This document shows, piece after piece, positions 23,537 to 31,298 of a DNA stretch of 64,000 nt. A program made the translations under genes and the position numbers. The notes below the pieces were generated by a model. The model was given only the letters and a program-made list of their open reading frames with translations. It did no database searches and was not told the origin of the DNA. Position 1 is the stretch's first letter. Every line of letters begins with the position of its first letter. The stretch comes from an uncultured Candidatus Cloacimonadota bacterium (lineage in GTDB: Bacteria; Cloacimonadota; Cloacimonadia; Cloacimonadales; JAJBBL01), in the NCBI GenBank assembly GCA_964464175.1, contig CAYXFD010000008.1:31982-95981 (forward strand), given 5' to 3'.

Positions 23537-25271
23537 CCTGCATTCCCGACTATGTATAACGATGGAACAGTTTTAATCCACCTATATTCCAGCATATAAG
23601 CTTTTTTATTTGCCAAAACCCTCGTTATATCTTATCTTGTATGTAACGAGGTTATAGGAGGTAAATAATATGCCATGTATCGTATATCAGACTAACAAGA
23701 AGACAGGTTTAACTTACGCTTATGAATCCATATCCTATTGGGATAAAGATAAGCAGCAATCCCGTGCGAAGCGTAAATGTATTGGTAAGGTTGATCCAAA
23801 AACAAATCAAATTATTCCAACCCGAAAAAGAGAAAAGACAACTGGTAATGCCGCCGTTTCATCAACGAGCCGCAGTTTTTTTGGTGCGACATATCTATTC
23901 GATGCCATAGGAGAAAAGCTCGGTATAATTAATGATCTCAAGCGTTGTTTTCCGGACATATACAAGCAGTTATTATCGGTTGCTTATTATCTTATACTTG
24001 AGGACAGAAATCCATTGAGTCGTTTTCCAAAATGGTCAGCTACACATAAACATCCTCACGGCACAGATATTCCTTCTCAGAGGAGCAGTGAGTTGTTTGA
24101 CTCAATTGATGAAAGATCCAAAGAGCATTTTTTATCCTTGCAGGGCAAACGCAGAATAGAAAAAGAGTACTGGGCATACGACATCACCTCAATATCCAGT
24201 TATTCTAAATGCTTAAAACAGGTGAAATACGGCCTAAATAAGGGGCAGGAGCCGCTGCCGCAAATAAATCTTGCATTACTCTTTGGTGAACAATCAAATA
24301 CTCCGTTTTATTACCGCAAGTTGGCTGGGAACATTGTCGATGTCAAGACGGTAAAGAATCTTCTTGACGACATTGCTTTCCTTGGGTACAGTAAAGTCAA
24401 GTTGGTAATGGATAGAGGTTTTTATAGTGAAGATAACATTAATCAACTGTATAAAAACCATTTGAAGTTTTTGATATCTACAAAGCTGTCTTTGAATTTT
24501 GTAAAAGCAGAGTTGGAAAAGCTCTGTCATTCCATCCGCGATTGGACAAACTATAACCAAAAACATGATCTATATGTCCGTTCTACAACCATATCTTGGA
24601 ACTACAAGCAATACCGCCCCCACAAGGGTGATATTATGAAGGGGGAACGACGTATGTATCTCCATATTTACTTAAACTCAGATAGGGCTGTTGAGGATGA
24701 AAAGAGTCTTGCTAAACTACTTTGCTCCCTACAAGAAGAATTGGAAAGTTGGAAACTGAATCCCGATCATGAAAAACAATATGACAAATATTTTGATGTT
24801 AAGAATACTCCGGTGAGAGGAACTAACTTTACTGCCAAGCAAGATGTTATTGATGAAGCGAAAAAGAATTATGGGTATTTCGTTCTGTTTAGTAACGAAG
24901 TGAAAGATCCAATTGAAGCTTTAGAGATTTATAGAAATAAAGACCTTGTTGAAAAAGCTTTCGGTAACTTGAAAGATCGTCTTAACTTTAATCGTCCCGG
25001 TGTTTCCTCTGACCGCAACCTTGATGGAAAACTGTTCGTTGAGTTTTTGGCACTGATATACCTTTCTTACATCAAAAAGCAAATGCAAGACAAAGACCTT
25101 TTTAAAAAATACACGATGCAACAACTACTTGATGAGCTTGATGTTATCGAATGCTTTGAACAGAAAAGCCGTAGACTTCGTGTAGGGGAAATGACCAAAA
25201 AGCAAATTGAAATATATCAAGCGTTGGATATCGACCCACCAACCTCGTTACAATAACATCGGGAATGCAGG
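23537..25271 (+). mobile_element. IS1634-family (IS4-related) insertion sequence, apparently intact, 1,735 bp
   Basis: The terminal inverted repeats are perfect for 13 bp: CCTGCATTCCCGA at 23537-23549 and TCGGGAATGCAGG at 25259-25271. They continue imperfectly to about 30 bp. There is a single 528-aa transposase ORF. A sub-terminal motif CCTCGTTA/TAACGAGG recurs at both ends. No flanking direct repeat is visible. Confidence 0.85.
23670..25256 (+). CDS. IS1634-family DDE transposase
   Basis: 528 aa. The N-terminus (KKTGLTYAYESISYWDKDKQQSRAKRKCIGKVDPKT) and the DDE-type core (VMDRGFYSEDNI ... YRNKDLVEKAFGNLK) are typical of IS1634/IS4 transposases. The RBS is AGGAGG. Confidence 0.85.
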   Translation: MPCIVYQTNKKTGLTYAYESISYWDKDKQQSRAKRKCIGKVDPKTNQIIPTRKREKTTGNAAVSSTSRSFFGATYLFDAIGEKLGIINDLKRCFPDIYKQLLSVAYYLILEDRNPLSRFPKWSATHKHPHGTDIPSQRSSELFDSIDERSKEHFLSLQGKRRIEKEYWAYDITSISSYSKCLKQVKYGLNKGQEPLPQINLALLFGEQSNTPFYYRKLAGNIVDVKTVKNLLDDIAFLGYSKVKLVMDRGFYSEDNINQLYKNHLKFLISTKLSLNFVKAELEKLCHSIRDWTNYNQKHDLYVRSTTISWNYKQYRPHKGDIMKGERRMYLHIYLNSDRAVEDEKSLAKLLCSLQEELESWKLNPDHEKQYDKYFDVKNTPVRGTNFTAKQDVIDEAKKNYGYFVLFSNEVKDPIEALEIYRNKDLVEKAFGNLKDRLNFNRPGVSSDRNLDGKLFVEFLALIYLSYIKKQMQDKDLFKKYTMQQLLDELDVIECFEQKSRRLRVGEMTKKQIEIYQALDIDPPTSLQ

Positions 25272-25467
25272 ATGTAATTGATTATATTGAAGCCTCTCTT
25301 ATGCATCCGAAGACATTAAGCACAAACCATAGAAGTGTTTGTTGTCACTTGTTTGATCTTTTGCCTTTCATGGAAACTTCGAATTCATTACATTATTCCG
25401 GTAATAGATAATATCGGTAATCTTATCTCTCACCATTAGGCTCCATACGGTGGAGAAAGGGGAGAGG

Positions 25468-25537
25468 TACGGGAGATGTACGGGAGAGACCGTAGTCAGC
25501 CCGGGCTGACTACGGTCTCTCCCGTACATCTCCCGTA
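25468..25537. repeat. perfect 70-bp palindrome (35-bp arms, no spacer, centred on CCCGGG) with internal 11-nt tandem units
   Basis: The left arm TACGGGAGATGTACGGGAGAGACCGTAGTCAGCCC (25468-25502) is the exact reverse complement of 25503-25537. Weaker dyad symmetry extends to 25443-25562. Confidence 0.95.
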
Positions 25538-25692
25538 TGTATTCCCAATGTATCCCGTATGGAGAAGGGAGATAGCCGGGGAAATCAGAAGAGGGAAGGG
25601 TCTTATTCTTTATTCAGCAAGGATTAAGGTTGACATAGTAGGGGATTGGAAAAAATTTAGCTTGAAAAAAAATTAACAGAGGTGGAGGATTT

Positions 25693-26751
25693 ATGAAATC
25701 AGGCGGTAACCGATACGGAACACACAGAGTAATTGAGCCGAAGGGGGTTTTACCTCAGCCGGCACGGGTTTTGGACAATGATATGTCGGAGATATGGGAT
25801 AATGAGATGAAGATCGAGGTGATCAGATTAAACGTTGATTCGGCATCATTTTTTCAGATAAAGACGAAACTGGAGAAACATGGTCACACTGATTTAGAGA
25901 AAGCCTTTGCCGAGCATGTCATAGATCTGACAGAGCGTACCGGTAAACACAAGAACGAGGATACCGGTTCAGGCGGGATGCTCATAGGGAAGGTAGCCGA
26001 GATCGGACCTGATTTCGAGATGAAAGAAGAGGTAAAGGTAGGGGATAAGATAGCCACCCTGGTTTCTTTGTCTCTGACTCCGCTTAAGGTGAAGAGGGTA
26101 ACAAAGGTGCATTTTAGCAAGGATCAGGTAGATATAGAAGGAGAGGCGATTCTTTTCAGTTCCGGGGTTTATGCCAAGTTACCGGACGATATGGATGAGA
26201 ACCTTGCCCTTTCAATTCTCGATGTTGCCGGTGCCCCGGCTCAGGCAGAACGGCTGGTCAAGCCGGGAGATACGGTAGTGGTCATCGGAGCTCACGGAAA
26301 ATCAGGGGTTTTATGTAATGCCGTTGCCAAGGAGAGATGCGGTGATGCGGGCAGGGTAATTGGAGTAGTGAGAAAGGATTCTTATATTCCAATCTGTAAA
26401 GAGACCGGTTGTGACGACGTAGTATTAGCGGATGCGACAGATGCTCTGGGTATCCATAAGGGGGTTTCCGAACTTACCGGCGGGAAGATGGCAGATGTAG
26501 TGATCAATTGTGTCAATATAGAGGACACGGAGATGAGTACGATTTTAGCCTGTAAAGACCGGGGAATAGTCTATTTCTTCTCAATGGCAACATCATTTAC
26601 GAAGGCAGCTCTGGGAGCAGAGGGTATCGGGGCGGATATCGACATGATACTTGGTAACGGTTATACCCACCATCATGCTCAGATATCACTTGATCTCTTG
26701 CAGCGTCATCCTGTTCTGATGCGAATCTTCGAGGAGCGTTACGGGGGATGA
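25693..26751 (+). CDS. kdd: L-erythro-3,5-diaminohexanoate dehydrogenase (lysine fermentation)
   Basis: 352 aa. The N-terminus YGTHRVIEPKGVLPQPARVL...LNVDSASFFQI resembles Kdd as I recall it. It has a Rossmann segment VVVIGAHGKSG and lies immediately upstream of kamA, as in known lysine-fermentation clusters. The RBS is GAGGTGGAGG. Confidence 0.72.
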   Translation: MKSGGNRYGTHRVIEPKGVLPQPARVLDNDMSEIWDNEMKIEVIRLNVDSASFFQIKTKLEKHGHTDLEKAFAEHVIDLTERTGKHKNEDTGSGGMLIGKVAEIGPDFEMKEEVKVGDKIATLVSLSLTPLKVKRVTKVHFSKDQVDIEGEAILFSSGVYAKLPDDMDENLALSILDVAGAPAQAERLVKPGDTVVVIGAHGKSGVLCNAVAKERCGDAGRVIGVVRKDSYIPICKETGCDDVVLADATDALGIHKGVSELTGGKMADVVINCVNIEDTEMSTILACKDRGIVYFFSMATSFTKAALGAEGIGADIDMILGNGYTHHHAQISLDLLQRHPVLMRIFEERYGG

Positions 26752-26896
26752 GCATTAAAGCAGGGGAGACTCTGCTTTTCAGGGAAACAGGGAAGAGAAG
26801 AGATTAAGAGCGAAAAGATCAGGAAGAGAAGCGGTGACAGAGAAGATCACTGCAGAGAAGTTTAGTAATTTTAAAGAGAAGAAAGGGGTAGAAGAG

Positions 26897-28186
26897 ATGT
26901 TAAGTAAGATAAATGAATCGGAATTCAAAGTTGAGATAAATAAAACAAAAGAGAGGAACATTAAGGATGGTGTTTCTCCCGCAGACTGGAATAACTGGCA
27001 CTGGCAGTTAGAAAACAGGATAACATCTTTTGCAGAGCTACGAAAGTATATCGATCTGCTGCCGGAAGAAGATGCCATTGATCAGAGTAAATCCGTATCA
27101 TTCAGAATGGCAATTACACCCTATTATCTCTCTCTGATAGATCATAACAATCCGTATGATCCGGTCAGACTGCAAGCGATACCGAGAATAAATGAAGCCT
27201 TGATAACTGCTTCTGATCTGCAGGATCCTTTGCACGAGGATATTGACTCTCCGGTACCGGGATTGACACACCGTTATCCCGACCGTGTCTTATTATTGAT
27301 CACCGACCAGTGTTCCATGTACTGCCGTCATTGCACAAGAAGGCGGAAGGCGGGAGAAACTGATGCCCCAATGCCGAGAGAGAATATTGATGCGGCTATT
27401 GAGTACATAACTGCCCATCCTGAGATCAGGGATGTGATCCTGAGCGGGGGTGATCCCTTCACCTTGTCCGATGAGAGGCTGGATGAGATCCTGGAGAAGA
27501 TCTACCGGATTGAACATGTGGATGTTATCCGTATCGGGAGCAGAATACCGGTTGTACTTCCACAGAGAATAACTGATTCGCTGATCAGGGTACTCAGGCA
27601 ATACCAGCCGGTTTGGATCAATACGCATTTCAACCATAGCCGGGAATTGACTCCGGAAGCTATCGGAGCGGTTGCCAGGCTCGTTGACAACGGATTCCCG
27701 GTCAGCAATCAATCGGTTTTGCTGAAGGGGATAAACGATAATGTTGACGTAATGAAGAATCTGGTGCAGCAGATGGTTAAGAACAGGATCAGACCTTATT
27801 ATATCTACCAGTGTGATCTCTCTCTGGGGATTGCTCATTTCCGCACTCCGATAAGCAGGGGGATCGAGATAATGGAGGCTTTAAGGGGGCATACTTCCGG
27901 ACTCTGTATTCCGACTTATGTGGTTGATGCTCCGGGTGGAGGAGGAAAGATCCCGATTAGTCCGAACTATATAGTTTCTCAAGCTCCGGGAAGGGTTGTG
28001 CTGAGAAATTTCGAGGGTTATATTTCGGTCTATACCGAGCCGGAATATACTCCCCAGGAAGAAGAAAAATATACCGGGAAATGTCCGGAAAACAGGAAAT
28101 CCACCGAAGGGATAGCATCACTGTTCCAGGGTGAGAAGGTGTCTATTGATCCCAACGAATCTAACCGAGCCAAGAGAAAGCGATAA
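26897..28186 (+). CDS. kamA: L-lysine 2,3-aminomutase (radical SAM, PLP)
   Basis: Radical-SAM CxxxCxxC motif as CSMYCRHCTRRR. KamA N-region WNNWHWQLENRI...RMAITPYYLSLID..NPYDPVRLQAIP, plus GGDPFTLSD. I prefer the ATG at 26897 (RBS AAAGGGG); the track's GTG at 26834 is also possible. Confidence 0.93.
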   Translation: MLSKINESEFKVEINKTKERNIKDGVSPADWNNWHWQLENRITSFAELRKYIDLLPEEDAIDQSKSVSFRMAITPYYLSLIDHNNPYDPVRLQAIPRINEALITASDLQDPLHEDIDSPVPGLTHRYPDRVLLLITDQCSMYCRHCTRRRKAGETDAPMPRENIDAAIEYITAHPEIRDVILSGGDPFTLSDERLDEILEKIYRIEHVDVIRIGSRIPVVLPQRITDSLIRVLRQYQPVWINTHFNHSRELTPEAIGAVARLVDNGFPVSNQSVLLKGINDNVDVMKNLVQQMVKNRIRPYYIYQCDLSLGIAHFRTPISRGIEIMEALRGHTSGLCIPTYVVDAPGGGGKIPISPNYIVSQAPGRVVLRNFEGYISVYTEPEYTPQEEEKYTGKCPENRKSTEGIASLFQGEKVSIDPNESNRAKRKR

Positions 28187-29264
28187 AGAGAGATTACTGC
28201 AGGCAGTATGCCGGGAGGGTAAGCGGATCACCGTCATTACCGGACTCTCGAAAAATGCCGGTAAGACAACTTTCCTGAATTGGCTGTTAGAGCGGACACC
28301 ATTCTCCCGCAAGGGTATTATCACTACCGGCAGGGATGGCGAAGATATTGATGTTCTGGAAAGGATAAAAAAGCCGAAAGTCTCTATTCCTGAGGCAGCA
28401 ATTTTCAGTGCCGGAATATCGGAGATCAGCAGAAAAGCTGCTTATTTGCATCTGTTGGAAAAACTGCCCTATAGGGCAGGGGGAAAGAATATCTGGCTTG
28501 TCCGGGCAGAGACAGGGTTGGCTGGAGAGATTACGGGACCACCTACGATCAAGGAACAGATAGATACAGCCCGCCGAATTCTGGAGCATGGTGCCGATCA
28601 TGTCTTTATCGATGGTTCTTTAGACCGGAAAGCGATAGGTTCGGCAGCGGAGGTTGATACTCTGATCGTAGCCGGGAGTCCTGCTTACGGATCTATATCG
28701 AATCTGAGGAAGGGATTTGCCGGGCTCTATGAGCTGACAAGGATCGAAAAGCTGACGGATGCGGTAAAAGTTAACATCGAACAGCAGCTGCTGGATGATG
28801 AACTGCTAAAACTTATTTACCTGAAAGAGGAGAAAGGCTTTACCCCGGAGATCATCCCTCTTTCCTACAAAACCCTCTTAGGGCATGAGAAAGAGATTAT
28901 TGGTAGCATTGATTCTCAAACCGGGACAAGAAAAGAGGATAAAAACAGGGAGGAAGAGCGAATCTTTCTCTACATACCGACAAGTCTGACTGAGCGATCG
29001 TTTCTTTTACTGAAGGATATTTTCAGGGAGAGACCCGGTTTCAGGATTATTATCAAACATCCCTTTCAGCTTCACCTGGACGAATCTTCCCGCAACTGGC
29101 TGCAGGAGAGAAGTCTGCTGTTGACTATCAGGGGGCTTGAGATTGCCGGGTTTGTAATCAACAGTTATGCGGTGCAGGGAAATCATCTTGATTGCCGGGA
29201 ACTGAGAAGAGCGATCCGGAAAGATTTTCCCCTGCCGGTGGTCGATATCAGGGAAATGCAGTGA
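28131..29264 (+). CDS. P-loop NTPase of unknown function (DTBS/CobQ-like nucleotide-binding fold), coupled to kamA
   Basis: 377 aa. Walker A ITGLSKNAGKTT, followed by ...HVFIDGSLDRKA (Walker-B-like). The only in-frame starts (GTG 28131, TTG 28146) lie inside the 3' end of kamA, giving a 41-56 nt overlap. No recognisable catalytic domain follows. Confidence 0.6.
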   Translation: MRRCLLIPTNLTEPRESDKERLLQAVCREGKRITVITGLSKNAGKTTFLNWLLERTPFSRKGIITTGRDGEDIDVLERIKKPKVSIPEAAIFSAGISEISRKAAYLHLLEKLPYRAGGKNIWLVRAETGLAGEITGPPTIKEQIDTARRILEHGADHVFIDGSLDRKAIGSAAEVDTLIVAGSPAYGSISNLRKGFAGLYELTRIEKLTDAVKVNIEQQLLDDELLKLIYLKEEKGFTPEIIPLSYKTLLGHEKEIIGSIDSQTGTRKEDKNREEERIFLYIPTSLTERSFLLLKDIFRERPGFRIIIKHPFQLHLDESSRNWLQERSLLLTIRGLEIAGFVINSYAVQGNHLDCRELRRAIRKDFPLPVVDIREMQ

Positions 29265-29372
29265 CCGGAGGCGGTTATCCCCTGACAGGGTGGAAGCATC
29301 CGGAGAGACGAACGAAAGCCGGTAGAGCAGATGGAAACATATTAAAGCTATGAGCGAGAAGAGGATGGTGCA

Positions 29373-31085
29373 ATGGAGTTTATCAACCGTGAAAGTCTAA
29401 AATCACTGAATATCCCAGAAATAACGGAAAAGATCAGACCCTGTTCCGAGGTCGGCAAAAGATTGAAGGGAGCAGCAAAACCTTTTCTTACGGGGAAAGA
29501 GGAAGAACTCCGGGAGGAGTATGCCAGGATCAGAACATTAATGGAAAAGATCACGGAGCAGAGGAGTTTTTATCCGGCCCTGTCGGCATCCTTAGCCAAG
29601 ATAGAGAATATCAGGCAGACCTTTAAAAAAGCAGTTGAAACAGAGATATTAGAACCGACCGATATATTCGAGATAAAAAGCTTTCTCTATTATTATGAAA
29701 GGATCAGGGGTCAGCTGGAAAAGTATCAGCTCCGGCAGCTGGTGAAACTTGACTCCTTTTCCGAACTCTATAACTATCTCGATCCTGAAAACCAGAATGT
29801 TCCTACTTTTCAGATCAGCAGTAAATATTCTCCCCGGCTGGGATCTCTCAGAATCAAATTCTCAGAGCTGAGAAACAGGATCAGACTCCTGGAAAACGAT
29901 TGCCTGGAACTGGCAAAGAAAGATTTAGAGCTTAACTCGATCGAAAAGCAGGTTGTTGTCTCAAGGCTGGATAAGAAAATGAGGCAAAAGCTTGATTTTT
30001 CGGAATGGTTTACCTTATCCGAAGAAAATTTTGCCAATATAACCTTTAGCTTCCGGCAGCCGGAAGAGATCATCAGGCTGGAGGGAGAGTTAAGTGTTTT
30101 GAAGCAGAAGATCGAAGAAGCAGAACTCGTGGTCAGGAGAGAGATCACGGCAAAGATCGCCAGGAGGGGACATGATCTGATCACCGGTTTGAACGAAATT
30201 GCCAAACTCGATTATCTTGTCGCCAGAGCTGATTTTGGCTGCCGGATAGGGGGAATAATCCCGGAGATTAGGGAGGCGAAAGAGTTGCAGGATGGTCTTC
30301 CCGAAAGTGAAATCAAGTTTCTCCGCTCGGTTAATCTGTTTATTAAAGAACAGTTAAGCCTTTGCAAGATAGATTATCAGCCTGTAGATATTGATTTCCG
30401 GAATAAGCTCAACATTATTACCGGTGCCAATATGGCGGGCAAATCAACGATCCTGAAAACTGCCGGGCAGCTCTTCCTGCTGGCAGCTTATGCTATTCCG
30501 CTACCCTGTAAAGAGGGAAAACTCCCTCTGGTAGATTTTATCTTTTACAGCAGCGATAATGAAACGAGTAACCGCACCGACCTGAGCAGTTTTGCTTCGG
30601 AACTTATCGGCTTGAAGAATGCCCTGAAAAAACCGGGTAAAGGACTGTTTCTGATCGACGAATTTGCCCGGGGTACTAATCCTCAGGAGGGAGAAGCATT
30701 TGCCAGGGCAGTTTTAGAGGTGTTCATCGACCGCAATTCGCTTGTCGTTTCCGCTACTCATTTTTCGTCACCGTCTCAAATTGCTCAGGCAGGTCATTAT
30801 AGGGTTACCGGGCTGACAAAAAATGACTACGCCAAGCTACAGGAGACATTTAAACCTTTTGCTCCGGAGAAGACTCAGGATGAAACAGCTGACCGGGAGG
30901 ACTTAAAGAAACGTTTACAGGAATTGCATAAATACATGAATTATCAGATAGAATCGGTAGAAAGCTCGAACATTCCTCCGAGAACAGCCCTGATGATCGC
31001 CGAAGTCCTGGGTGTCGATGAGGAGATTATCAGGAAGGTCAAAAAATCGATGAAGAGAGGAGCTACGGTTTCTGACAAGGAATGA
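29373..31085 (+). CDS. MutS-domain-V ATPase paralogue (MutS2-like core, no mismatch-binding domain, no Smr)
   Basis: 570 aa. The N-terminal half is helical/coiled. The ATPase domain carries ITGANMAGKSTILKTAG (Walker A) and LFLIDEFARGTNPQEGEA (Walker B region) ...SATHF. It ends about 90 aa after the ATPase, with no Smr domain. Confidence 0.8.
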   Translation: MEFINRESLKSLNIPEITEKIRPCSEVGKRLKGAAKPFLTGKEEELREEYARIRTLMEKITEQRSFYPALSASLAKIENIRQTFKKAVETEILEPTDIFEIKSFLYYYERIRGQLEKYQLRQLVKLDSFSELYNYLDPENQNVPTFQISSKYSPRLGSLRIKFSELRNRIRLLENDCLELAKKDLELNSIEKQVVVSRLDKKMRQKLDFSEWFTLSEENFANITFSFRQPEEIIRLEGELSVLKQKIEEAELVVRREITAKIARRGHDLITGLNEIAKLDYLVARADFGCRIGGIIPEIREAKELQDGLPESEIKFLRSVNLFIKEQLSLCKIDYQPVDIDFRNKLNIITGANMAGKSTILKTAGQLFLLAAYAIPLPCKEGKLPLVDFIFYSSDNETSNRTDLSSFASELIGLKNALKKPGKGLFLIDEFARGTNPQEGEAFARAVLEVFIDRNSLVVSATHFSSPSQIAQAGHYRVTGLTKNDYAKLQETFKPFAPEKTQDETADREDLKKRLQELHKYMNYQIESVESSNIPPRTALMIAEVLGVDEEIIRKVKKSMKRGATVSDKE

Positions 31086-31298
31086 TAAGAGAGAAGCGCT
31101 CTTAAGGTAGTCTTGGTAACTGAAGGAATTATCATTATTTCAGAGGGGATAACCGGGGGGAAAGAGTTCTGATCTGCCGGGTAGTTTATAGCAAAGAGTA
31201 ACAGGGATTCCGACAGCAAGGAAATAGTGTTCTACAGAAAAACAAAAAGAAATTGACAGTCTTCTTCTCTCAGTTATCTTTAGTAAAGAGGAAAAAAT

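Noticed and set aside
25274-25411. 45-codon open frame immediately right of the IS, as the C-terminus of the disrupted restriction enzyme
   Set aside because: It is out of phase with the 5' fragment across the IS, and I see no motif I can tie to AlwI-family C-termini. It is mentioned in the findings but not annotated as a feature.
25476-25676. 66-aa plus-strand ORF (MYGRDRSQPGLTTV...) spanning the palindrome
   Set aside because: It has no RBS, and its sequence is dictated by the palindrome (the peptide reads the two arms). I treat the region as non-coding structure.
25576-25692. Lysine riboswitch or other leader RNA upstream of kdd; sigma-70 promoter at the TTGACA (about 25630)
   Set aside because: I cannot recognise the L-box core helices in the ~120-nt leader, and lysine riboswitches normally control biosynthesis or transport rather than fermentation. 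The TTGACA has no convincing -10 at 16-18 bp (AAATTT), so I did not list it as a feature.
28131-31085. Reading the P-loop + MutS-like ATPase pair as an anti-phage defence system (ABC-ATPase type)
   Set aside because: The first gene is translationally coupled to kamA, with its start inside the kamA 3' end, and the pair sits inside a metabolic operon. No nuclease or other effector domain is visible. I cannot exclude the defence reading without a neighbourhood survey, so the pair is kept as a finding with a metabolic-accessory interpretation.
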